In this document: positions 14,471 to 26,472 of the stretch, one piece after another
Layout of the letters: every line of letters starts with the position of its first letter
How positions within the stretch are numbered: position 1 is the stretch's first letter
DNA from: Eledone cirrhosa
Taxonomy: Eukaryota
Assembly: GCA_964016885.1 (NCBI GenBank)
Contig: OZ024742.1
Span: forward strand, 171,244,001 to 171,308,000
Reading direction: 5' to 3'
DNA length: 64,000 nucleotides
Translations under genes and position numbers: made by a program
Notes under the pieces: model-generated
Databases searched by the model: none
Seen by the model: only the letters and a program-made list of their open reading frames with translations
What the model was told of the DNA's origin: nothing

Positions 14471-16487
14471 GTATTGTCCCCTTTTCTTGTACGCCACAAG
14501 GGCGTACAAGAAAAGGGGACAATACAAAGACACATGCAAAGACACATTCAGTCGTGTAAAAAAAAATATAAAACAAACAATTATAACAATCAAAATCCCC
14601 AATAGGGGGAGACGCCACAAATAGGTTGTTTAATACCCCGTCGAAAGAACAACCCTCAACTTCAGGAGCGTGTTGTGGAAGTGCTCCCTTCTTCATTTTG
14701 CTCTCTTCTTTAACCTACAGGCTTATAAACAGAGATTCCCACTCACTCGGGTCATTTTCGTTTCATTCACCCACCTTTCAGTAAATTTACTGGGGTGCAG
14801 TGCCTCTGATTCTTCACTCTGATTCTTCTTCTAAAGTGATACTTAAAGAAGGGAATCAATTGTTGTCCAGAGAGAAAGGCATCTGTCCTAATTCCTCTCA
14901 AACTCGTCCACCATATAACCTCTTTCACCATAGCCTCTGTACAGAGGAAAACCGGAAAGCCACCTCTCTTTCGTTTTTGAAAGAGGCTGGCAGTTTGGTC
15001 CTTACTATGGACTCTGTAAGCAACTGGATTTGTCCCATACGCGACAGCAGTTGTTCTGCATAGTTCCACAGGTCGCTTACGCCCGAGCAGTGTACAATTG
15101 AGTGTAAGACGGTTTCAATGTCCTGCTCGTATCTTGGACACGTCCTTTTGGAAGGATCCCTGCCGGGGCGTCCGTGCTTGTAGATCTTATCGCGAACGGG
15201 TAGAGCTCCTCGGTAGCACTGCCAGGCCAGGGACCTCTGGAAGTTGTCCATAGATTCCGGGCGGAAAGTCCTACCGAACAGACTGGTGAGCTCGTCGTCT
15301 TCGAAGCATAGAGTCTCCCCGAGCACGTCGTCGCACTTGTAAAGTACTAACCCTCTATAGAATGTCGAAGTGGAGTCTTCACTGATTACTGTGCCCGCTT
15401 GACAGAGGACTATGAGCGCCTGGGCGCATTCAACATGCCAGGTGCCCATCTTCTTCGGTCTTCGTTTGACCCAGGACTGCAGCTCCGTCAGCGAGACAAG
15501 TTGTGGGAAGGCCTGTCTCACAAACGGTGCCCACACCGGTTGGTCGGTGAGGAATACCTGAAGATGGCGTAGCCTCAGCTCATGTTTGCGCATCATTAGC
15601 CACGGCATGCCCAGCCCTCCGTTGGAGGGGTGTTGACAGCAGACGGATCTCCTCACCAGTGGAGCCTGCTTCTTCCACAGGAACTGGAAGAGTATGCGTT
15701 CCATCTTGGAGAGGTATTCACGGGGAGAAGGCACGACAGTCAAGCGGTAGTAGATGACGGACGCTATGAAAGTGTTCGCCACCTCCGCTCGACCTTTCAA
15801 AGACAGTTTGCACTCTGTCCACTTCTGGGTGAGCGCAAATACCTTGGTCATGACCTCGTTCCAGTTTTTCTCCACCATGAGGTTTGGACCGAACCAGACC
15901 CCGAGCAATTTCACCGGTCCTTCCGTCCAGCGTCCGGCCACGCTGTCGGACGGCATCGGTTTGCCTCTCCACGTTCCGAGTTGCAAACCGACAGACTTGT
16001 CCGGGTTCAGTTTTGCTCCTGTGAACCTTTCGTAATGCTGTAGTAGGTTGCCGATTACCTCGATTTCCGAGGTTTTCGACACCATTACCGTTACGGCGTC
16101 GCTATAAGAGGAGGCCGCTTTTCGCAGTCCCGGTTCTAAAGGGATGCTCTGCAAAAGCTCCAACTTCCGCAGTAGTGGCTCTAGAGTCAATACGTACAGA
16201 ATGGAGGAGAGAGGGAATCCCTGTCGAATGGAACGCGTGATTGCGAGCAGATGCTGGTGTGCATCGCCTTGATCCAGCCTCTGAAAACGGGACCGAAACC
16301 GGCCGCCTTGAGAACCGCTCCCAAGTATCGATGGTCGACCCTATCGAATGCCTTAGACTAATCTAAATTAATCAGAGCCCCACCGAAGCCGGGTTTACAC
16401 CCCACCCTCTCTATGATGTATCGCATGAGGTGGAGGCTGTCGTGTATGGACCTGGTCGGGATTGCACACGTTTGCGCTTTCCTACCA
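14471..16487 (-). pseudogene. Tx1/L1-clade LINE, 5'-truncated and degraded (copy B): partial RT plus zinc finger
   Basis: ORFs 14925-16190 and 16358-16630 align to the ORF2 of copy C. YADD is changed to YSDA, there is an internal deletion near 16240 and a frameshift near 14950. Flanked by (TAGA)n. Confidence 0.9.
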
Positions 16488-16504
16488 GATAGATAGATAG
16501 ATAT

Positions 16505-19500
16505 ATTTCTTTTATTTGCCACTAGGGCATCAAAAGTGGGACAAGTACAAAGGGGGGAGTTTACACAAAAAGGCGTCCCCAATAAGGAGGAGGCAATAAC
16601 AAAATATAAAAATAAAATAAGATATAACAAAAAATAAAATTTTTAACAAAATCCTCAATAGAGAGGAGGCGCCTTGGGGGGTCGCACACACCCCCGAAAA
16701 AAGTGTGCAACCCTTCTCCTCAGGAGCACAGAGAAGGGGTGCTCCCTTGGTCTTTCATCTTCCTCACCTATAGTCTGATGTAGAGTGAAGGCCCATTCAC
16801 ACGGGCCATTCTCGCCACTTTCACCCATCTTTCATAGAAACGGCTGGGGTGCAGCACCTCTCTCTCCATCCTGATCCTTCTTCCGAAATGATATCGGAAG
16901 AAACGGACCAGTTGTTGGCCAGAGAGAAAGGTGCCCGACCTCAGTCCTTTCAGACGCGTCCACCATACAACCTCTTTCGCCATGGCTATTACGCACAGAA
17001 ACACCGCCTCTGCTTCATCTTTGAAGGGGGGAGGCGGCTTGATCATTACAATAGACTCGGTGGTCAACCGGATCGGTCCCACCCTTGACAGCAGTTGTTC
17101 GACATAGCCCCACAGATCGGCTACGCCCGAGCAGTGTACTAATGCGTGTGCAACGGTTTCCTCGTCGCACACGCATCTGGGACAGATCTTTTTGGCGGGG
17201 TCCCTACCCGGGCGCCCGTGTCTGTAGAGCCTTTCTCGAACGGGTAAAGCCCCTCGGTAGCACTGCCAGGCCAGGGACTTCTGGAAGTTGTCCATAGGTC
17301 CCGGGCTGAATGTCCTACCGAAAAGGCTGGCCAGTTCGTCCTCCTCCATGTCTAGGGCTTCTCCGAGGGCGTCGTCGCACCTGCTGCGTACCAGCCCTCT
17401 ATAGAATGTTGCGGTGGAGTCTCCACTGATAACCGGATCCGCCTGCCAGAGGGCGGTGAGCGCCTGGGCACACTCAGTGTGCCAGGCGCCCAGTTTTCTC
17501 GGTCTTTGCTTGACCCAGGATTGCAGCTCGGTGAGTGAGACGAGTCTGGGAAAGGTTCGTCTCACAAACGAGGCCCACACCGGTTGTCCGGTGAGGAATA
17601 CGTAGAGGTGCCGTAGCCTTAATGCGTGTTTACGCATCATTAGCCACGGCATCCCCAGCCCTCCTTTCGAAGGGTGTTGACAGCAGATGGATCTCCTCAC
17701 CATAGGAGCCCGCCTCTTCCAAAGGAATTGGAAGAGCGCGCGCTCCATCTTGGTGAGGGTTTCCCTTGGGCAGGGCACTACGGTCAGGCGGTAGTAGATG
17801 ACGGACGCTATGTAGGTGTTCGCCACCTCCGCCCGACCTTTCAGGGATAGTTTGCAACTGGCCCACTTCTGGGTCAGTGCAAACACTCTGTTCGTAACCT
17901 CCGCCCAGTTTTTCTCCACCTGGAGGTCCGGTCCGAACCAGACCCCGAGCAACTTCACCGGGCCCTCCGTCCAGCGTCCGACGACGCTATCGGAGGGCAT
18001 CGGTCTGCCCCTCCACGTGCCGAGTTGCAAACCGATCGACTTGTCCCGGTTCAGCTTAGCCCCTGTGAACTTTTCGTACTCCTCCAGTAAGGTGCCGACC
18101 GCCTCGATTTCGGAGGCCGTCGACACCATTACTGTCACGTCATCGGCGTAGGCCGACACCGCTTTCCGCAATCCCGGTTCCAAAGGGATGCCCTGCAACA
18201 ACTCCAACTTCCGCAGTAGTGGCTCGAGAGTCAATACATACAGAAGGGAGGAGAGAGGGCACCCTTGTCGGATGGACCGCGCGATTTTGAACGGCTCCGA
18301 GAGGTAGCCGTTCACCTTGACCCTAGAGCAGATGCGGCTGCTGTGCATAGCAGTGATCCAGCCCCTGAAAACGGGTCCGAAGCCTGCCGCCGCTAGCACC
18401 GCATCCAGGTAACCATGGTCGACCCTATCGAACGCCTTAGATTGATCCAAGTTGATCAGAGCCCCACCAAAGCCGGGTTCGTTCCCAACCCTCTCTATGA
18501 TGTATCGCATGAGGTGGAGGTTGTCATGGATGGACCTGGACGGGATAGCGCATGTCTGCGCATCTCCCACCAGGTTGCCCACGACAAGCGCCAACCTCTT
18601 TGCTAGCACCTTGGCCAAAATCTGTAACTCTGTATTTAGCAGTGTTATGGGCCTGAAGTTACTTATTTCGTCCCCCTTGTTCTCGTCCTTCCTCACTAGC
18701 GTGACTACGCCCTTGGTCACAGTACAGGGAATTCTCCCGTTCTGTTGCCAGTTGCAGTAGACCGCCTCGAGGAGATCGGGGAACAAGTCCGGCATAGCTA
18801 GATATAATTCGTAAGGAAGACCATCGAGACCCGGGGATTTGCGTTTGCCGCATTGGCTCAGCACGTCCTCTATCTCAGCGGCCGAAATCGGCTCCTCGCA
18901 GGACTTCGCCTCCCTGTCCGAGAGGCGCGGCAGGCCGTCGAGGTATGGACCGAAGTCCACGTTCCCAACCGGCTCCCCGCCCCTCCCGAACAGTCGGGCA
19001 AAGTGCCTTTGAAAGGCCTCACACATCTGCTTAGGCTCAAGAATCGCCCGTCCATCCAGGTCTCGCAAAGACCGGATGGTGGATTTAGTTCCACTGTTGG
19101 CCTCTGTCACGCGGGCCCAGCTAACAGCTTTGGTCCCCTCGTTCCCTAGAGCACGTATTTTACTTCGGACAACGCAGCCTTCGTGCTTCGCGTCGAAAAA
19201 CTGGCTCAAAGCCGTTCTCGACGCTAGCACTCTGGCCACGTCGCCGCTTCTAATTGCCTCTTCTACTCTATCTATTAGCTCCCTTTCCTTCCTATTCCTA
19301 TCCGCAGCTAGAACCTTACTAAATTCTATCGAGACTACTCTAATCTCTCTCTTTAGAGATACCCACCACCTGCTGTTGACGATCGCTCCAGTCAACCGTT
19401 CCTTAACTAACGTACTAATCCGATTCCTGTAGGCTCTACTTGCCGGCAAGGACAAGTTGAGCTTCCAGTAACCGGGGCCCTGTCTATGAGTTCTGTCAAG

Positions 19501-20178
19501 GTTGACCATGCAGGTCACTAATTTGTGGTCTGAATAGCCAACAATGCGCATTTTTGGACAACTTAAAAAGTCCTTATCCTTAATTCTAACTAAGAACCTA
19601 TCTAGGTACGACCTAGATGATCCGCTACGATTTGCCCAAGTCCAGGTTGGCGCAGTCGGAAAATCTAGTCGATATCTATCGGCCAGGTCAAATCGACCGA
19701 TTAACCCTTTGAGGCTATTACACCCCTCTCTATCGGGGCAGGCCCCTACGTAGTCCCAGCGTGCATCTAGGATACCATTCCAGTCCCCCACTAATAGCAA
19801 GGAGCGGGACGTCCCCAGAAAAGTCTCCAGACGATGGAAGAAGTCCGGCCGCATTGACCCGAAAGGGCCGTAGGCGGCTACCAACCTAAACGCTCCGCCT
19901 TTACCACTGCCAAGGTCCAGAACCACTAGTCGACCCTCCGGGTCCAAATGTACCATCTGTGTTGCGAGACCCAGATGTTTTTGCAGCAGAACGACAACTC
20001 CACCCCCACCTCCAGGCTGACAGAGAGATGCGTGCATCTCAAAGTCATCAAAGGTGGGGGCCAGCTGTCGCACGTTGCTGATCCGGGCCTCGCAAATAAC
20101 CATCACATCTATACGTTGTGACCTGAGGTCATTTAGAAGCATTGCTTGCTTCCAAGTTGAGCCCAGGCCACGCGCATA
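16505..20178 (-). mobile_element. Tx1/L1-clade non-LTR retrotransposon (copy C): near-complete ORF2 plus 3'UTR, no ORF1
   Basis: GC-rich block bounded by (TAGA)n on both sides and containing an open ORF2. Confidence 0.92.
16768..20142 (-). CDS. LINE ORF2 polyprotein: APE endonuclease, reverse transcriptase and C-terminal zinc finger (Tx1-like)
   Basis: EN motifs DVMVICE, LLVGDWN, YLDRFL, SDH. RT motifs SPGLDG, FRPITLLN, LDQSKAFDRVDH, RQGCPLS, AYADD. C-terminal CPRC..ETVAHALVHC. The frame stays open upstream to 20178 (xARGL). Confidence 0.93.
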   Translation of the reverse strand: MLLNDLRSQRIDVMVICEARISNVRQLAPTFDDFEMHASLCQPGGGGGVVVLLQKHLGLATQMVHLDPEGRLVVLDLGSGKGGAFRLVAAYGPFGSMRPDFFHRLETFLGTSRSLLLVGDWNGILDARWDYVGACPDREGCNSLKGLIGRFDLADRYRLDFPTAPTWTWANRSGSSRSYLDRFLVRIKDKDFLSCPKMRIVGYSDHKLVTCMVNLDRTHRQGPGYWKLNLSLPASRAYRNRISTLVKERLTGAIVNSRWWVSLKREIRVVSIEFSKVLAADRNRKERELIDRVEEAIRSGDVARVLASRTALSQFFDAKHEGCVVRSKIRALGNEGTKAVSWARVTEANSGTKSTIRSLRDLDGRAILEPKQMCEAFQRHFARLFGRGGEPVGNVDFGPYLDGLPRLSDREAKSCEEPISAAEIEDVLSQCGKRKSPGLDGLPYELYLAMPDLFPDLLEAVYCNWQQNGRIPCTVTKGVVTLVRKDENKGDEISNFRPITLLNTELQILAKVLAKRLALVVGNLVGDAQTCAIPSRSIHDNLHLMRYIIERVGNEPGFGGALINLDQSKAFDRVDHGYLDAVLAAAGFGPVFRGWITAMHSSRICSRVKVNGYLSEPFKIARSIRQGCPLSSLLYVLTLEPLLRKLELLQGIPLEPGLRKAVSAYADDVTVMVSTASEIEAVGTLLEEYEKFTGAKLNRDKSIGLQLGTWRGRPMPSDSVVGRWTEGPVKLLGVWFGPDLQVEKNWAEVTNRVFALTQKWASCKLSLKGRAEVANTYIASVIYYRLTVVPCPRETLTKMERALFQFLWKRRAPMVRRSICCQHPSKGGLGMPWLMMRKHALRLRHLYVFLTGQPVWASFVRRTFPRLVSLTELQSWVKQRPRKLGAWHTECAQALTALWQADPVISGDSTATFYRGLVRSRCDDALGEALDMEEDELASLFGRTFSPGPMDNFQKSLAWQCYRGALPVRERLYRHGRPGRDPAKKICPRCVCDEETVAHALVHCSGVADLWGYVEQLLSRVGPIRLTTESIVMIKPPPPFKDEAEAVFLCVIAMAKEVVWWTRLKGLRSGTFLSGQQLVRFFRYHFGRRIRMEREVLHPSRFYERWVKVARMARVNGPSLYIRL

Positions 20179-20221
20179 TAGATAGATAGATAGATAGATG
20201 GAGAGAGAGAGAGAGAGAGAG

Positions 20222-20307
<86 letters not shown>

Positions 20308-20956
20308 CAGAGAGAGAGAGAGGGGGGAGAGAGAGAATCGAAGAATCTTTCCCAGTAATTAATTGATGCAGTAATTATCGGCCTCGAAAGGATGAAAGGT
20401 AAAGTTGTCATTGGCGTGATTTGAATTCATAACGTACAGAGCCAGAACGAGTATTTCGAAGCATTCTATTCAGTGCTCTGACCAATCCACCCTGCTTATA
20501 TGTTAGAATTTGTCAAAGATATCAAAAGGGTTTTCGACAAAGAAAAAAAGAAAACAAACGACAACTTACCAATTACTAAAAGATAAACATGTTTTCTGAT
20601 CGTGTCTTTAGAACTGATTTGGCATTCATATACACCGTTATGTTTGCATTGTACATTTTTAATTTGAAGGTTCCACTCATGTGCAGATGGTACTCTGTGT
20701 ACACTATACGTATTGTCCTCAATATAAGGCTCTTCTGATACCGTAAGTGGGTTCGGGTCAGATGCTTTCCGCCATATAACCTATAAAAAATAAAAGAGTA
20801 ATTAATACTTAAAAATGAATATTTGTTGTGTTAATTATTAATGATTAACAAGTCTTGAAACTGTGATTGATTTCTACCATTTATAAACTTTATTACTTTC
20901 TATACACACGCAAGCTTGCACACAAACACACATGAACACACACGCACACACTCACA

Positions 20957-20988
<32 letters not shown>

Positions 20989-21414
20989 GGCACACTCACA
21001 CATATACCTGCCACATTTTAACGGTTGAACGTGTAAAACATGGGAGATTTTTCTGCCCCACCCTATATATACCGAAACACACACACACAGACATATATAT
21101 TGCTAATTCCTATTTTCAATTTTATAATCATCATTATCGTACGTATCATGTCTCTACTTTCCTCTCCTCATTTATACCTTCCACGTTACTGCATTCCCCT
21201 ATTAGCCAAAACCCTTACACACCCATTCAAAACTCCTATCCTCCAACCCCGCCCCCTGAGTCTTTCCCTATTTATACTCTCTCTGTTATTGAACATTTAG
21301 TCCTGTGTGATGATGCTGTGAGTGTGCCGGCGAACTTCCAGTGTAACAAAATGTATCACTTATCCATAATAAAGAATATTTAAACTCTACTTCGGTATCG
21401 AGTATCCATTTTCA

Positions 21415-21580
21415 CATCCGCCAGAATGTATGAGGAAAGAGCTTTGACAATATATAAACAACCTTTCGGTTATCGAACCAACCAACCAACCAACCGGAAA
21501 TTTATAATAAATTGAAGTGAAAACCAACAGGTGGTGTGTTTTTATAGGCAACATGACCCTTCCAAAGTATAACAATATAT
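21415..21580 (+). mobile_element. Family C element, diverged 3' fragment
   Basis: Homologous to 27570-27745 (GAAAGAGCTTTGAC...AACCAACCGGAAATTTATAA...GGCAACATGACCCTTCCAAAGTATAAC). Ends in TA. Confidence 0.65.
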
Positions 21581-21954
21581 ATCTATACAGTAAACAAGGA
21601 CCCACACCCCACCCTCCCGCACCAAAATTAGACTTATCGTCCCCTACTTTTGCTCTTTACTCTCTTTACTCTTTGTTCTTGAATGTTTGGTTGGTAGAGT
21701 CCATAACACCAATCAAACCCCTTTTATAGCTCTGACGAATCCTACGGTTACGTAAGGAAGAAACATTGTAAGCCAATAAAAATCTTTTGATGTTGTATAC
21801 GCTCTTGTGTTCTTTTTCATATATATATGTATGTATATTCGAACACACAACCTTACGTTCGTGAGACTAGTGCCATAACCAATAAGCCACACACTTTCAT
21901 ACACACATACATATGCATTCAGAAACGCACATATATACACACATGTGCGCATGA

Positions 21955-21989
<35 letters not shown>

Positions 21990-22190
21990 AGTCTGACTTT
22001 ACACCATTAACAGTTCTCAGCAACCATTACAGGTAAATTAACAGCACGCCAAGACATGACGGCAGCCTGTCATTCAAATCAGAAATACTGAAATATTTTA
22101 TTAGGTTAAAACAGTGTGCTACTTCGATATATCAAACAATATTAATCAGTTTTATAGCGTGTTTTCTTTTTCATTAAAATATTTGAGGTG

Positions 22191-22690
22191 TAGGCGTAAG
22201 TAAGGCTTAGTGGTTAGGATGTTCGACGTAAAATTATAAGGTCATCAGTTTCAATTCCGGTTTTGCGTTGTGTTCTTCAACAATTACTTTATCCAGACCT
22301 GTCAACTCTCCTTGTCCGACGGGGAGATTTACAATAGCCTTTGGTGTGATGGAGATATATCTTCTCGTCTGAAAATGGGTATAGCTTTCTTCCCGTTTTG
22401 GGGCCACTTTTTTCATGGTACTCTCCGTTTGGGCTTTTAGAGGTTTGCAGACCTGCTTTATCTCAGACTGAACAGTCCGCTCATATTGCAAATGTGGGTT
22501 CTATCTGTAATTTAAAGCGTCACTATTGTCACACAATGTGTCACGCTGATATCTCCATACTATGCAACGGGCACACGTGTCTGTGAAATGTTCAGTGTCA
22601 CTTGCACGTTAATTTCCTGAGCAGACAGTTCACCTGATCGCATGAGTTGGAAGACTCAGTATTGTAACCGACAGAGATCCAACAACAACA
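22191..22690 (+). mobile_element. tRNA-derived SINE with CORE-like segment (second SINE family), interrupted by a MITE
   Basis: A-box-like GGCTTAGTGGTTAGG, B-box-like GTTTCAATTCC, then TGTGTTCTTCAACAA. Related decayed copies near 10955, 22730, 31235, 40676, 44720 and 62850. Confidence 0.55.
22294..22455. mobile_element. hAT-like MITE nested in a SINE
   Basis: Imperfect TIRs CAGACCTGTCAAC / GTTTGCAGACCTG with flanking duplication CTTTATC. A related copy lies at ~9955-10110. Confidence 0.5.
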
Positions 22691-23131
22691 ATATTTGATA
22701 ACAAACGAATACATATTTTCTAAAGGCCCTATGATTAGTGTTTAGGATGCTGTGTTCCGAAACCTAAGGTTATAATTTCAATTCTTGAACCGTGAAGAGG
22801 GACACTTTGTCCTTGAGTCCGCCACGTTATTTCACACTTCACTAATCCACTCAGTTGGCTGCTTTGAACGTGTTAAATCATTGATGTAAAATGGTAGCCC
22901 TTATGATAAAGTCAACCTAATGAAATACATAAAATAAAAGACGTATGTATCAGTGTATATCAGTCATGTGTGAAGAACATTAGTTAAGGTAATAAATGGG
23001 AATAAATAGGTGCATGTGATTTCACGTTCACTTCTACAGCGTAGGTTTCAGGAATAATGCCTTTTCAAGTAAAATGTGGTAAACGAAAACAGTGCTAAGA
23101 AACACACAGACAATTATATGTACACATATAG

Positions 23132-23213
<82 letters not shown>

Positions 23214-23294
23214 TATATATAGAAAATTAGTATATTTACCAACATATGCGTACAGATGTACACTAATGCTAGCAAATACATAAGTTATGTCATA

Positions 23295-23892
23295 GTACCT
23301 AGGTAGTGAACATTTTAGTAAGTAAGTTAATTTTTAATTTTTAAAAATTTTCTTATTTTAGTCTTCGAATATTTAAGCGGCTGCCACGCCGTTCCTGAAC
23401 AAAAAATCCAAAATCTAAAGCCACCTTAAGTCGTGAAACAATCAGATCTAGCGTAGTGTAAAATTTGAACAAAGTAGGTTAATTAATGTCGGAGCTCGAG
23501 CCGAAAAAGTGGAAATTTGAGTCTAAAAGTGTTATTTTTAAATATTTAAGCGGCTGCCATGCCGTCCCTGAACAATAAATTCAAAATATAAAGCGATTAC
23601 AGGATGTGCAATGATAAATTCTATTTTGCTTTAAAATTTGAACGAAATTGGTGACAAAATGTGGGAGCTAGAGCCAAAGATCTTATTTTTCGTTATCTAA
23701 AAAAAGGTGACGTCCCCCTATCGATTTTTATCTGCAGAATGACCACGGAATAAAAAAAATGATACGCTGCTATATAGAAAACACCCCCCCGATGACTAAT
23801 CTATGAGGCTCTAAAGTTTCATGAAAATCGGTCGTAAGATGTAGGCCCCTATAGGTAATACACAGACACACAGACACACACATACTTAATTT

Positions 23893-23900
<8 letters not shown>
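23295..23900 (-). mobile_element. Probable non-autonomous Helitron-like element with ~172-bp internal duplication
   Basis: The minus strand starts TATATATGTAAAA-TTAAGTATG(TGTGTCTG)n, like the 48016 element. ATATTTAAGCGGCTGCCAYGCCGTYCCTGAACAA is repeated at ~23369 and ~23541. Confidence 0.4.
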
Positions 23901-23928
<28 letters not shown>

Positions 23929-24856
23929 AATAAAATTATCGAGAATCGAAACTTCGGCCCACAAAATAACGAAAAACAATCTCCGAAATGTTCGGCAAAG
24001 TGCTCAATGGTTCGGATGAACCAGAGCTATAACTAACGTTTAATACCAAACACACTCAGACGATGTTTAAACAATCATTCGCACAGCCAAAAAATACGAT
24101 CAAGTAATTCGGGTCAAACAAATAAAAATATACATGATTGAAAAAAAAATATACATAAATTGAAATATATATATATATATATATATATAAGCATATGTAT
24201 ATATATATATATATGGGTGTGTGTTCGTGGGCTTGGATGTGTGTACCCCCCGTTTGTGTTTGTTCATGTTCCATAACAAATAATATAATTGCTATCAAAC
24301 TTAACGAAAAGTAATTTTGTCAGTATGACAGACTAAATCACTTATGGCAGTAACACAGCATGGCCGCAGTCCGATGACTAAAATCAGCAAAAGAAGAAAC
24401 GAGGCAAATAATTAAGAGTAAATAATGTGTATTAATTGATTAAACAACAGATCAAATGAACTTGATACTACTAAAATGTACAGAAATTCCCGTAGGCGTC
24501 TCACTCCATATTTATTCCGTCTCATTTGACTATTTGGTAGCAATTTGTGAATTGTGGTTGTTGTTTTGTTTATAAGTGTTTGTAATGTAGGCACAAGGCC
24601 AGTAATTTTGGGGGAAGGAGAAAGTCGATTAAGTTGACTCCATATTTTATCGATCACGCACGGATGAATGGGAAAGGTCACCTCGGCGATGGTAGTTTTC
24701 ATAATAAAGGCAAATATATTCTGAATTTTCAAATTTTCTCAGATACTCTTTTAACTCATTCATAAATATATACATCTACACTTCGTATAGTTTCCAATAC
24801 AAAACACTTGTCTAAATATATACTTAATGAATCTAATTATATATATATATTATATA

Positions 24857-25054
24857 TAACAAAGGAATTGTGGTAAGGAACCAGATGGACCATAACGCAA
24901 CTGAGTACTCAATACTTAGGGTAGTAGAGTGGGAAATAGGAAAAAGTATGACCCCGACGGCAGAGCTCAAGCCGTTTCTACGGCTATTTCTGGAGTCGAG
25001 AAATAGCCGTCGAAACGGCTTGAGCACTACCGTCGGGGTCATACTTTTTCCTAT
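24857..25054. mobile_element. Family A fold-back pair in (TA)n
   Basis: A long antisense arm starts at the fixed 3' end, turns at ~24990, and a short sense arm ends at CCTAT+(TA). Confidence 0.8.
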
Positions 25055-25069
25055 ATTATATATATATAT

Positions 25070-26015
25070 TCTTATACAAGCTTCTACATAGCTTGGTATA
25101 TTTTCACCCAACTTGTAGAAATCTTATAACAAAACGAGTCGGATGGGAAATGATATATTTGATATATCTCATATGAAATAATACAGCCAATTATCCACAC
25201 AATAGAATATAGTTAGCACCCCAAACATTTAATTGGGAATATACTCAGGTATTTCCTAATGTTTGTTGAGTGAGTTGGAATTTGGCCGGAGTATCGCTAT
25301 TAGCTGTCTCCGATTATGTATTTATATATTTACTCTTGGAGCAACAGATATGAACTTTCCCGATATAAGGTATGACTCTCTTTGTTTATTTTTTATATGA
25401 ATATTGATTATTTGTTCTTGTATCTCATTCTGTTATTTTGACCGATAAAATATCTATATGTGTCATTTAGCGGTGCGCACATATGAATATTTTTTCATTT
25501 CCAATTGGGTTCTTAGCACGTGGCTTAAATTCTTTTCAGAGTTCAACGACCTGCGCATGTATTGTTTGTGGCGGTAGCCTCCTTCCTCCCATTTTCGGGA
25601 CAGTGTGAGATTTTATTTAGAACTGCTGGACTAACAACCTAGCAGCTCCCTCAAACACTGATGGTGATTATCGCTAAATATTGATGTTGATTTGATTATC
25701 AATATTAATATTATTGGGTAACACACTGAAGATTTATAAGCGCCCACTTGAATAAGTATCTGTTGATCTTATACAAGCTTCTACATAACTTGGTATATTT
25801 TCACCCAACTTGTAGAAATCTTATAATGAAACGAGTCGTCTGGGAAATGATATATTTGATATATCTCATATGAAATAATACAGCCAATTATCCACACAAT
25901 ACAATATAGTTAGCACTCCAAACGTTTAATTGGGAATATACTCAGGTATTTCCTAATGTTAGTTGAGTGAGTTGGAATTTGGCCGGAGTATCGCTATTAG
26001 CTTTCTTCGATTATG

Positions 26016-26020
<5 letters not shown>
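25070..26020 (-). mobile_element. PLE-like partial tandem: ~255-bp direct repeats (25070-25325, 25768-26020), period ~698 bp
   Basis: The direct repeat is seen directly and has (TA)n flanks. The repeat contains a degenerate HHR-like hairpin on the minus strand. The PLE assignment is inference. Confidence 0.45.
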
Positions 26021-26071
<51 letters not shown>

Positions 26072-26075
26072 TATA

Positions 26076-26422
26076 GGCGGCCGACTGAGGTAGAAGCTGC
26101 TAAATAGTCGGTGGTCCTCTTGTCTCTAATTTTCAGCCCCATGGATTTTATCTGCTATATTTCTTTGTTATATTTTGAATACCTGATGATTCACCGGATT
26201 CATACTGAACCCGGTCATTGAAATGATCATAGTTTAATAAACCTTTCAAGGATTTACACCAGTCCAGCCTCCTGTTATTTTATAATAATTAACTCCGTAC
26301 TCGCACCACCAACTACACAAACGAAGACAGGTGAGCTGCATTACGTCGAGTGCACTCCATAATATTACATCGAGATTGACCATACGAATGACCAGTTCTA
26401 TCCAGTGGTGAACCAACAAACC

Positions 26423-26425
<3 letters not shown>
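26076..26425 (+). mobile_element. Family B HHR-bearing short element in (TA)n
   Basis: Homologous to 54810-55153, with (TA)n on both sides. Confidence 0.75.
26179..26235 (+). ncRNA. Type-I hammerhead ribozyme (family B)
   Basis: ATAC-CTGATGA-[ACCGGATTC..GAACCCGGT]-GAAA-TGATCA-TA-GTTT. Confidence 0.65.

Positions 26426-26472
<47 letters not shown>

Noticed and set aside
14800-19753. Plus-strand and alternative-frame ORFs inside the Tx1 copies
   Set aside because: Shadow ORFs of a GC-rich coding strand with no recognisable motifs.
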